A stretch of DNA of 64,000 nt from Candidatus Marinacidobacterium sp. (GTDB lineage: Bacteria; Acidobacteriota; Vicinamibacteria; Marinacidobacterales; Marinacidobacteraceae), in contig OZ242011.1 of assembly GCA_965204755.1 (NCBI GenBank), positions 3,424,001 to 3,488,000 of the forward strand, written 5' to 3'. How positions within the stretch are numbered: position 1 is the stretch's first letter; every line of letters starts with the position of its first letter. Position numbers and translations under genes: made by a program. Shown here in pieces: positions 8,879 through 18,000 of the stretch. The notes under the pieces are model-generated. The model did not search any database. It was not told the DNA's origin and was given only the letters and a program-made list of their open reading frames with translations.

Positions 8879-10525
8879 GTGATCCGCGAGATCCGGATTC
8901 GGGGCTTCAAGCGCTACGCGGACGCCCGCTTTCGGCTGCCGGAGCAGGTCGTGCTCGCCGGGCCGAACGACACCGGGAAGACGACGGTGCTGCAGGCGAT
9001 CGCTTCGTGGGCGTTCGCGTTTCGCCGCTGGCGGCGCGTCGTCGAGAGCGTCGAGCGGGGGCCGGACGGTTACGCCCTCGCGCCGATCTCGCGGCCGGCC
9101 TTCGCCGTGGCGCCGCTCCGGGGTTTCGACCAACTCTGGAAGGATCGGGACTATCGGGGCGTGGTGGAAATCACCCTTCGGCGTGACGACTGGACGGTCG
9201 CGATGGAGTTCCACGCCGACAGCGCCGAGCAGGTGTATGTCCGGCCCGCGGCGGAGGCGGCGCCGGCGCTCCTGGAAGCCCTGGACCTTCCCGTGATCTT
9301 CGCCCGCCCGGTGAGCGGGCTCGTGGCCGCGGAGCCGGAGTATCGGCGGGCGAAGGTGGACCAACTGCTCGCGCACGGGAGGGCCGGCGAGGCGCTCCGC
9401 AACTCGCTGGTGGAAGCGAGCCGCAGTCCGGCGGCCTGGGAGGCGCTGGGCGAGTCGGTCCGGCGGCTGTTCGGCTACACCTTGCTGCCGCCGGACACCG
9501 ACGGCCTGGATGTCCTCGTGGACTACCGGGAGAGCGACGCCGGCCCGGCGCTCGACATCGCCGGCGCGGGCAGCGGTTTCCACCAGGTCGTGATGCTGCT
9601 GGCGCTCCTCCACTCGCGGCCGGGGTCGGTGCTGCTGCTCGACGAACCGGACGCCCACCTCCACTTCATCCTCCAGGACGGCATCTGGCGGGAGTTGCGG
9701 CGGGTCGCCGCCGCGCAGCGCTCGCAGTTGATCTGCGCGACGCATTCCGAGGTGGTCATTTCGGCCGCCGAACCCCGGGAACTCCTGCTCACCCTCGATC
9801 CGCCCCGGCCGGTCGCCGACGATGTCGAGAAGGGCCGCCTGCTGTCGTCGCTGCGCGCCCTTTCGGGCGCCGACCTGGTGCAGGCGCCGGTCGTTCGCGG
9901 AATCCTCTATGTCGAGGACTACACCGACCTGGACCTGCTGAGCGCCTGGGCGCGCCGACTCGGACACCGGGCTTACGGCCTGCTCGCTGCGGAAATCATG
10001 TGGAAGCCGGTGGTCTTCGAGTCGGAGCGGGGCCGCCCGGGGATTCGTTCCCGCGACCACTACGAGGCGCTGCGCTCGGTCCGCCCGGACATCGCGGGGC
10101 TCGAACTGCGCGACGGCGACGCCCGGGACTCCGCGCGGGAGACCGGGATCTCCGGCGCCGGCCTGCAGCGGCTCCGCTGGCGCCGCTACGAGATCGAGAG
10201 TTACCTGCTGCATCCGGGAGCGCTCGCGCGTTTCGTCGAGAACGAACTCGGCGGGGGCGCTCCCGGCCTCGAGGCGCTTCGCGAGTGGTGGCGCCGGCAG
10301 TTGCCGCCGGCCCTGATCGAGGATCCCTTCGAGGACCACCCGCTGCTTCGGCAGGTGAAGGCGCGTACGGAACTCCTGCCGCCGATGCTCGCCGCCGCGG
10401 GCTTGCCGGACTTTCCTTACACGCGTTACCACGAGATCGCGGCGGCCATGGAACCCGCCGAGATCCACCCGGAGGTCGTCGAGAAACTGGACGCCGTCTG
10501 CCGCGCGTTCGGGGTGGACGCGTAA
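8879..10525 (+). CDS. ABC/SMC-type ATPase with C-terminal TOPRIM-like domain (OLD-family ATP-dependent nuclease-like)
   Basis: IRIRGFK, Walker A GPNDTGKT, GSGF signature, Walker B LLLDEPDAHLH, ATHS H-loop, then YVEDYTD, RDGD and YEIESYL. Confidence 0.8.
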   Translation: MIREIRIRGFKRYADARFRLPEQVVLAGPNDTGKTTVLQAIASWAFAFRRWRRVVESVERGPDGYALAPISRPAFAVAPLRGFDQLWKDRDYRGVVEITLRRDDWTVAMEFHADSAEQVYVRPAAEAAPALLEALDLPVIFARPVSGLVAAEPEYRRAKVDQLLAHGRAGEALRNSLVEASRSPAAWEALGESVRRLFGYTLLPPDTDGLDVLVDYRESDAGPALDIAGAGSGFHQVVMLLALLHSRPGSVLLLDEPDAHLHFILQDGIWRELRRVAAAQRSQLICATHSEVVISAAEPRELLLTLDPPRPVADDVEKGRLLSSLRALSGADLVQAPVVRGILYVEDYTDLDLLSAWARRLGHRAYGLLAAEIMWKPVVFESERGRPGIRSRDHYEALRSVRPDIAGLELRDGDARDSARETGISGAGLQRLRWRRYEIESYLLHPGALARFVENELGGGAPGLEALREWWRRQLPPALIEDPFEDHPLLRQVKARTELLPPMLAAAGLPDFPYTRYHEIAAAMEPAEIHPEVVEKLDAVCRAFGVDA

Positions 10526-10576
10526 ACCGGTCGAGGGGCGTCTCCGCGCTCGCCGGGCGGGGGAGGCCGGCGCGGG

Positions 10577-12280
10577 TTACACGCGGTGGCGGCGGAGGAG
10601 GGCGGCGTAGTAGCCGTCGGTGTCGTGGGCGCCGGGGGGGAGGTGGAGGGCGCCCTCCGAGTCGAGCAGCGGGTGGAGCGGTTCGGGCAGTTGCGCGGCA
10701 AGGTCGGCCGGTTGGAAGGAGGGGTCCTGCTCCCGGAGGGAGGCGGCGACCTCGACGGTCTCCTCCGGCTCCAGAGAGCAGACGGAATAGAGGAGCAGGC
10801 CGCCCGGGGCGACCAGCCGGGCGGCGGCGGCCAGGAGGCGGCGCTGGGTCTTCGCCAGGACGGCGAGGCGCTTCGGCGTCGCGGTCCACTTGATGTCCGG
10901 GTTGCGTGCCAGGGTGCCGAGGCCGCTGCACGGGGCGTCGAGCAGCACGCGGTCGAAGGTTCCCGCCGGGAACGGCGGGCGCCGGGCGTCGGCGGCCAGG
11001 GGGAGCAGGTTCTCCGCCTCCAGGCGCTCCGCGGTCTCCGCGAGGAGGCGGACGCGCGGCGGGCGGAGGTCGGCGGCGAACACCCGCTTCGGCGCCCAGC
11101 GCTCGGCGAGGATCGTGGCCTTGCCTCCCGGCGCGGCGGCGAGGTCGAGGACCCGGCCGCCCTCCGGCAGGAGCCGGCCGATGAGTTGCGAGCCGGCGTC
11201 CTGGAGGTGGATCGCCCCGTCCCGGAAGGGGGCGGCGCCCGTCGGGTTCCCGCGGACGACCCGGAGGCAGCGCGGCGCGAGCGGGGAGGGGACGGTCTCC
11301 ACGCCGTCGGCGCGGAGCGCGCCGCGAACCTCGTCCAGGTCGAACCGGCGGCGGACCCGCAGGAAGCCGGAGGGCGAGCGGTTGTTCGCTTCCAGCGCCT
11401 TCCGCGCTCCTTCGGGGCCCCACCGGGCGACGGCCCGGTCCACCAGCCAGTCCGGGTGGGAGAGGCCGGCCCGCAGGTAGAGGTCCGGGTCGCCGCCGGC
11501 GTGGGGCCAGGGGTGGTCGGCCCGGAGGTAACTCCGCAGGACGGCGTTCACCACGCCCCCGGCGCCGGGCCGGTCCCCGGCGGCGACCAGTGCGACCGAG
11601 TCGTGGACGGCGGCGCGGGAGGGCACCCGATCCTGGTGGCGGAGGCCGTAGAGGCCCATGCGCAGGGCGACCCGCACCCGGGGTTCCAGCCGGGAGAGCG
11701 GGCGGCGGCAGTAGGCCTGCAGCGCGTAGTCCAGCCCGCGCCGGTGGCGCAGCACGCCGAACACCAACTCCCGGGCCAGCGCCCGGTCGTTCTCCGCCGG
11801 GGGCTCGCCCCGCCGGTCCACCAGCCGGGCGATGAGCGCGTCCGGGTGGGGGGAGGGGCCGCGCCGCCGGGCGGCGTTCTCGATCCGCAGCAGCACCGCG
11901 AACGCGGCGCGCCGCGCCGGGGAGGCCTCGCGCGCTGGGCCGGACGCGGGCGGCCGGGGGGAGGAGGCGGCCGGCTTCCCCCCGGCGGGGCGTGCCTTCC
12001 GGGAGGGGGTCTGCTGCCGCGTCCGGCGGCCGCGTCGGTCTTCGGCGGCCGCGTCGTCCCGCTGCCGATCGGGCGGCGGAGCGGGAGCGGCCGTTCCCTC
12101 GGCCGGTCGGGCGGGAGTCGGTCGGGCGGGGGTCGGCCGGACGGTCCGCGGAAAGGGGCCCGGCGAGAGCGCCCGCCGGCCCGGAGCCCCGCCGGCCGGC
12201 GGGGAGAGGACTCCGGCGGGGAACCGCCCGGGGAGTTCGCGCCTTCCGGTCGGGCGGGGAGGTCGGCGCGCTCCCGTCAC
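10577..12280 (-). CDS. rsmB: 16S rRNA m5C967 methyltransferase RsmB/Sun, with NusB-like domain and low-complexity N-terminal extension
   Basis: ELVFGVLR, VNAVLR, SHPDWL, QDAGSQ, DLAAAPGGK, DAPCSGLG, YSVCS; the true start may lie downstream. Confidence 0.92.
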   Translation of the reverse strand: MTGARRPPRPTGRRELPGRFPAGVLSPPAGGAPGRRALSPGPFPRTVRPTPARPTPARPAEGTAAPAPPPDRQRDDAAAEDRRGRRTRQQTPSRKARPAGGKPAASSPRPPASGPAREASPARRAAFAVLLRIENAARRRGPSPHPDALIARLVDRRGEPPAENDRALARELVFGVLRHRRGLDYALQAYCRRPLSRLEPRVRVALRMGLYGLRHQDRVPSRAAVHDSVALVAAGDRPGAGGVVNAVLRSYLRADHPWPHAGGDPDLYLRAGLSHPDWLVDRAVARWGPEGARKALEANNRSPSGFLRVRRRFDLDEVRGALRADGVETVPSPLAPRCLRVVRGNPTGAAPFRDGAIHLQDAGSQLIGRLLPEGGRVLDLAAAPGGKATILAERWAPKRVFAADLRPPRVRLLAETAERLEAENLLPLAADARRPPFPAGTFDRVLLDAPCSGLGTLARNPDIKWTATPKRLAVLAKTQRRLLAAAARLVAPGGLLLYSVCSLEPEETVEVAASLREQDPSFQPADLAAQLPEPLHPLLDSEGALHLPPGAHDTDGYYAALLRRHRV

Positions 12281-12287
12281 GGGCCGT

Positions 12288-13217
12288 TCACCCGCGCTCG
12301 GCGAGGACCCGGTGGAGCGTTTCCGGGTCGTCGGTGAGGATGCCGTCCACCCCCCGGTCGAGCAGCCGGCGCATGTCGGCGGGATCGTTGACCGTCCACA
12401 CGACCACCGGCAGCCCCAGGCGCCGGGCGGCGGCCAGGAACGAGGGGGTGACGACGGTGAGCGGGCCGGTGGTTTCGCTCACCAGGAGTGCGTCCGGGCC
12501 GCGCGGCGCCTCCCCGGCGCCGCCTTCCCCGGTCCGGTAGAGCCCCTCGAGGCGCAGCCGCGAAAGGAGGATGAAGGCGGCCGCCTCGAAGAAGGAGGCG
12601 CTGGTCGGGGTCCTCGGGCAGAGACGCCGGAAGCGGTCGAGTTCGGGCCGGGCGAACGATCCGACCAGCGTGCGCTCCTCCCGCCCGGCGGCGCGGATCT
12701 CCCGGCAGAGCGGCTCCGCCGTGCCCTCGGTCTTCAACTCCACCACGAACGGGCGGTCGGGATGCGCCTCCGCGACTTCCCGGAAGGTCGGGACGCGGAC
12801 CGGGGCGCTGCGGTAGGGGAACTCGCCGGAGGCGGCGCGGAAGCGGTGTCCGGCGTTCAGCCGCTTCACCTGTTCCAGGGTCATTCCCGAAACGGGGCCG
12901 CTCCCGTCGGTCGTCCGGTCCACCGTGTCGTCGTGCAGCACGACGAGCGCTCCGTCGGCGGTGGGGCGCACATCCATCTCCAGCACTTCGGCGCCGTTCT
13001 CGACCGCGGCGGCGAAGGCCTCCAGCGTGGACTCGGGAGCGTTGAGCCCTCCTCCCCGGTGGGCGTAGTTGCGGAGCGGTTCGTCGAAGAAGGGGTGCGG
13101 GGGGGACGGCTCCCGCGCGGCGGCGAGGAGCGCCAGGGCGGCGCCGCAGACGGCGGCGAGCGCGAGCAGGCCGAAGAGGATCGAGGCCGAGACCCGGCGG
13201 GCGGCGTGTCCGCTCAC
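12288..13217 (-). CDS. Glycerophosphodiester phosphodiesterase
   Basis: AHRGG, PESTLEAF, EMDV, HDDTVDRTT, ELK, WTVND, GILTDDP; N-terminal TM/signal segment. Confidence 0.93.
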   Translation of the reverse strand: MSGHAARRVSASILFGLLALAAVCGAALALLAAAREPSPPHPFFDEPLRNYAHRGGGLNAPESTLEAFAAAVENGAEVLEMDVRPTADGALVVLHDDTVDRTTDGSGPVSGMTLEQVKRLNAGHRFRAASGEFPYRSAPVRVPTFREVAEAHPDRPFVVELKTEGTAEPLCREIRAAGREERTLVGSFARPELDRFRRLCPRTPTSASFFEAAAFILLSRLRLEGLYRTGEGGAGEAPRGPDALLVSETTGPLTVVTPSFLAAARRLGLPVVVWTVNDPADMRRLLDRGVDGILTDDPETLHRVLAERG

Positions 13218-14365
13218 GCCGGCGCCCTCTCGCGGGTTGCCGGGGTCGTCTCCCCCGGCGCCTCGGGCGGGCCGACCAGCGCCGCGGCCTCTTCGGCGGC
13301 GGCGAGGCGCGCTTCGCCGGCGGCGGGGCGCGCTTCGCCGCCGGCCCCCGACCCGGAAGTCCCCGACCCCGGGAGCCGGTTTCCCCGAAGGAATTCGGCG
13401 ACCGTCATCCGGCGGCTGCCCGTCGGCTGCACCTCCCGCAGGAGGAGCCGGCCGCCGCCGCAGGCCACTTCGAGCCCCGGGTCGCCGCGCGGGCCGGTCC
13501 TCCGGAGCGTTCCGGGCGGCGCCTCGAAGGGCTCCGATTCGAGCCCGACTTGCGCAACATGGATGCGCAATAGTTCAAGAGATCCGTCAACTCCGGGAAA
13601 GGCGGTGAACGCCACCGGCGCCGGCTGGAAGGCGCGGATGCGCCGCTCGACTTCGACGGCGTCGAGGCGCCAGTCCACCGCGGCGTCGGTCTTCCGCACC
13701 GGCGGGGCTTCGGTGGCCGCCGCTTCGTCCTGCGGGAGGGGCTCGATCTGCATCTCGGCGAGGCCGGCGAGGGTCTCCACCAGCAGGTCGGCGCCGAGGG
13801 GCGCGAGGCGGGCGAGGAGGCTGCCGCCGGTGTCGTCCGGGCGGATGTCCGCCGCGCGGCGCAGGAGGATCGGCCCGGTGTCCAGCCCCTCGTCCATCAG
13901 CATGGTGGTGACCCCGGTGCGTTCGAGGCCGCGGGCGACCGCCCAGACCGCCGGCGCGGCGCCCCGGAGGGAGGGCAGCAGCGAGGCGTGCACATTCACC
14001 GCGCCGAGCGGCGTGGAGTCGAGGAGCGCCGGCGGAAGGATGCGGCCGTAGTCGGCGACCACCAGGCAGTCCGCCCGCAGCCGGGTGACCGCCTCCACCG
14101 CGGCCGGCCGCCGAAGCCCCTTCGGTTCGAGGGCCGGCACGCCGAGTTCGTCGGCGGCCTCGCGGATGCGGCTGGGGCGGGGCCGGTGTCCGCGCCCGGC
14201 CGGGCGCGGCGGCCGGGTCACCGCCGCCGCGATTTCGTGGACGGCGTGGAGCCGCCGGAAGACCGCTTCGGCGAACCCGGAGGTGCCGAAGAAGACCGTC
14301 CGCAGGCGGATCGAGTCGCCGGACGAGTCGCCGGACGGACCGCCGGACGGGCCGCCGCCGCTCAC
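13214..14365 (-). CDS. fmt: Methionyl-tRNA formyltransferase
   Basis: VFFGTSGFA, RPAGRG, VADYGRIL, NVHASLLPSLRGAAP, GLDTGPI; GTG start overlaps the def stop. Confidence 0.95.
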   Translation of the reverse strand: MSGGGPSGGPSGDSSGDSIRLRTVFFGTSGFAEAVFRRLHAVHEIAAAVTRPPRPAGRGHRPRPSRIREAADELGVPALEPKGLRRPAAVEAVTRLRADCLVVADYGRILPPALLDSTPLGAVNVHASLLPSLRGAAPAVWAVARGLERTGVTTMLMDEGLDTGPILLRRAADIRPDDTGGSLLARLAPLGADLLVETLAGLAEMQIEPLPQDEAAATEAPPVRKTDAAVDWRLDAVEVERRIRAFQPAPVAFTAFPGVDGSLELLRIHVAQVGLESEPFEAPPGTLRRTGPRGDPGLEVACGGGRLLLREVQPTGSRRMTVAEFLRGNRLPGSGTSGSGAGGEARPAAGEARLAAAEEAAALVGPPEAPGETTPATRERAPA

Positions 14366-14874
14366 CAGTCCCCGCGGCGGATCCGGCGGCGCAACTTGCG
14401 GACGATCAGGTCGCGCTTCAGCGCGCCGAGGCGATCCAGGAACAGCCGGCCGTCTATGTGATCCACCTCGTGCTGGAACGCGCGGGCGAGCAGCCCGGTC
14501 CCCTCCATCTCGAACGCCTCGCCGTCGAGCCGTTGGCCCCGGACGCGCACCCACTCCGACCTCCGGGTGACCCCGGAGAAGTCGGGAACGGAGAGGCAGC
14601 CCTCTTCCTCCTGTTGGCGGCCGTCGGTCTCGATGATCTCCGGGTTGGCCATGACGATCAGGTTCCCGTCCTGCTCGCCGGCGGTGATGTCGATGACGAT
14701 GAGCCGCAGGTTGAGCCCGATCTGCGGCGCCGCGAGTCCTACGCCGGGCGCGGCGTACATGGTGGCGACCATGTCGTCCACCAGCGCCTGCCAGTCCTGC
14801 GAGAAGTCCTCGATGGGTTCCGACGGCCGGTGCAGCGGCGCCGCGCCGTAACGCAGGATCGGTCGAACGGGCAC
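14362..14874 (-). CDS. def: Peptide deformylase
   Basis: GVGLAAPQIG, EGCLSVP, QHEVDH motifs. Confidence 0.97.
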   Translation of the reverse strand: MPVRPILRYGAAPLHRPSEPIEDFSQDWQALVDDMVATMYAAPGVGLAAPQIGLNLRLIVIDITAGEQDGNLIVMANPEIIETDGRQQEEEGCLSVPDFSGVTRRSEWVRVRGQRLDGEAFEMEGTGLLARAFQHEVDHIDGRLFLDRLGALKRDLIVRKLRRRIRRGDW

Positions 14875-14922
14875 GGGAATCGCCGTGAGCGCCCTTGGGG
14901 TGTGCGCGGGAACGGCGGGGGA

Positions 14923-14999
14923 ATTCTACGCGCCGGGGGCGTTCGAGGCTCCGGCTCGGCGGGGCCGACGGCTCGATTTCGTCGGCGGGTTGGTACGAT
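14923..14999. promoter_or_regulatory. Divergent putative -10 boxes: TAGAAT (minus, 14923-14928, def operon) and extended TGnTACGAT (plus, 14991-14999, helicase gene)
   Basis: Near-consensus AT-rich hexamers in a GC-rich intergenic region between divergent genes. Confidence 0.5.
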
Positions 15000-15007
15000 T
15001 CGCGCCG

Positions 15008-18000
15008 ATGAGCAGCGCTGGCGGTCGGCGAAGTCGCGCGGCCGTGGCGTCCTCGTGGGCTGGGACGACGGGGTCTCTCGGCGAGTACATCAAGAGCGAG
15101 TCCCGGAGGACCCTCTCGGCGTACCGAAAGCAGCCGACACTGGTCGCTGAGCACGCGAACCTGGAGATCGGGACGGCCGGCGGCGGGTACGCCGACCGTC
15201 AACTCGTGGAGTTGATCCAGAACAGCGCGGACGCTCTTGCGGGGCCGGCGGTCGGGGAGCGGGGACGCATCTCGATACGGTTGACCGACGACTGCCTGTA
15301 CTGCGCCGACAACGGGGACGAGATGGACGAAGACGGCGCCCGGGCGCTCATGTTCTCGCACCTCTCGCCGAAGCGGAGGGAGAGCGAGATCGGAAGGTTC
15401 GGCCTCGGGTTCAAGGCCGTACTCGGCGTTTCCGACGCGCCGGAGTTCTACAGCCGATCCGGGTCGTTTCGATTCGACCGCGGGAAGACTGCCGACCGCA
15501 TCCGCAAGATCGTTCCCGACCACGAGACTTACCCCGCGCTGCGTCTGGCGACCCCGATCGACCCGCGTGTGGCGGCGAGAGGGAATCGCATCCTCGCCGA
15601 GGAGATGGTTTGGGCTCGGAACATCGTTCGGCTGCCTCTTCTCGCGGGTGCGCGCAGTCGGCTGGAAGAGCAGATGCGGTCGTTTCCCACACCCTTCCTG
15701 CTCTTCGTCGAACATGTGCGCAGCCTTTCACTCTCGGGACACCGGGAGGATGAGGTCACCTGCGAAGTCGTGGAGAGGCGCGCCGACGGTGAGTGTGTAC
15801 TGCGGGTCGACGACGAGGAGCAGAAGTGGATCGTCTTCCGTCGGCGTCACCGTTTGTCGGAGGAAGCCATTGCCGAGTGGGCGCTGATCCGCGACCGAGC
15901 GGTAGTGCCGCTGTCGTGGGCCTTTCCGCAGGATGCCAGGCAGCGCGACGAACATCGCCACTTCTGGGCGTACTTCCGCACGGGAACGGAGAGTCTCGTT
16001 CCCGGAATCCTCAATGCGCCGTGGAAGACGAACGAGGACCGACAGAACCTCCTGCCGGGCGCGTTCAACCGGGACCTGCTCCAGGCGTCAGCGGACCTGA
16101 TCGTCCGCGAGCTCGGAAGTCTTCGTACCGCTGACGACCCGGCCCGCCACCTTGATGCGCTGCCGCGCCGCCAGGAGTCCGGCGACTCGGAACAGAGCAA
16201 GGAACTTCGAGTTTCCCTCATTTCGCAACTGCGCCATGACGCCGTTGTTCCCGACCAGACCGGGACCCTGCGCCCGATCGAGAGGTTGCAATATCCGCCG
16301 AAGGATGCGCCCCTCGCCGCCCTGGAGCGGTGGGCCGAGTGTGAGACGAGGCCCGCCGATTGGCTGCATGTTCGAGCGGCTTCCCGGGACCGAATCGCAA
16401 CGATCGGTCGGTTGTGGCGGTATCACCGGGCGAACCCGGAAGCCCGGGTCGGTGACCTGTCGTCATCCGTCCGTGGTCCGAGCGGGGCGAGCGACGCCGA
16501 CTTGCCGAGGGAGTCCGCCGAGGACTGGCTGGAAGCGCTGTTTTCGCCAGGACTGGATGAGGAGCAGGCCGCACGGGCGTCCCGGGTCGCCGTGCAGACT
16601 GCTGCGCTCCTTCCAGCGGGTCGTCACGACGGCGCACGGCACGACTTGGGAGAGATCGTCCTGACGGCCGCGGGCGGCCGCGCGCGCTTGGACCCCGCTG
16701 CCGTGTTCGTGCCTCGGAGAGGAACGGATGACGGGACTCAGGTATCGGCTGAACTCCTCGTGCATCCCAGAGTCGCCGAAGATGAGAAGACGCGGGCGGC
16801 GCTCGAGAAACTGGGACTCGGTGAGCCGCCGGCCGAGGCGGCGCTGCGAGCAGCCGTGAGGGAGATAACGGAGGCGCCGGGCGACAGCGCCCATCGGAAG
16901 TTTTGGTCGTGTGTCCGGGAGTCGTTGGCCAAGGACGGGCCGGACGCAGTGGCGGCGATTCTCGACGAGAACGAGTTCGCTCTTCGTCAAGTTCGGATTC
17001 GCACCGAGTCCGGCGCCTGGGAACCTGCCCACAGCGTTCTCCTGCCCGGCAGGATCGCTCGTGCGGGTGTCTCGGACGACTCGGATGTCACTGTGGACAT
17101 CGACTATCACCGAAGCGAACTTCCATTCCTGACCCACTTCGGTGTCGTGGAAGCGCCTGAACTTCGGGATCTCGGTCTGGAGTCGCTCGTGAACTATCGG
17201 GCCGAGTGCGTCGAGCGGTTCCGTTCCGACTGTAAGGGGGAGGGAGGCAGAGTGCCCATGTCGAACCGCCTCCGCTTCGAGAGCACCGAGGGAGTGGGCC
17301 CGCTTTCCGTGCTGTCTCGTTTGTCACACGAGGGCCGGGCGCTCTACACCGAAGCGATGCTCGGACTCGAAGCGACATACGCGCCGTGGACGATGGCGCA
17401 CGACGCTGGCGGTTACCCACCGCGGACCTTTCGTTCTCCCTCGCTGCGGGAGATCGAGCGACACGGACGACTCCGCGCGCGCGGCGGCAGCGTTCCATTC
17501 CAGGACGCTCTCGGTGAACCACCGAAGAGCGAGGAAGCGCTGCGGTTTCTCCTCGAGCATTCTCAGGCCGCGCGGATCCGACGGGTCTTTCGCTTGGCGA
17601 ACCTCACGCCGGAGTTCTTCGGCGAGGGCGAGCCGGAGCCGTTGTTCGATGTGTGGCCCGGACTGCAGGAGCATCTTCCCGACGCTTGGAAGGATTCGGA
17701 CTTGCGGCCGTGTGAACGAATCGTCGGGCTGGATGATCGGCCGTGCGCGACCTATCGCGGCGATGTCTATCTCGTTCGAACCGGGGACGATTCGGACGAC
17801 CTCAAGGCAGTTGCCGAAGAGTTGAATTTGGACCTTCGCGACGACCAGGTCGAGGACATCGCCAATCGGACGACACCCCAGGAAGTGGCCGCCCGACGGG
17901 CTGCCGTCCGCGCCTTGCCGAGCGAGGCGGAACGACTGCTCCGAGCCGTGGGAGAGGCAGGACTGCGGGCGCGGCTGCCGGGGTCGCTGGTGGCGCATCT

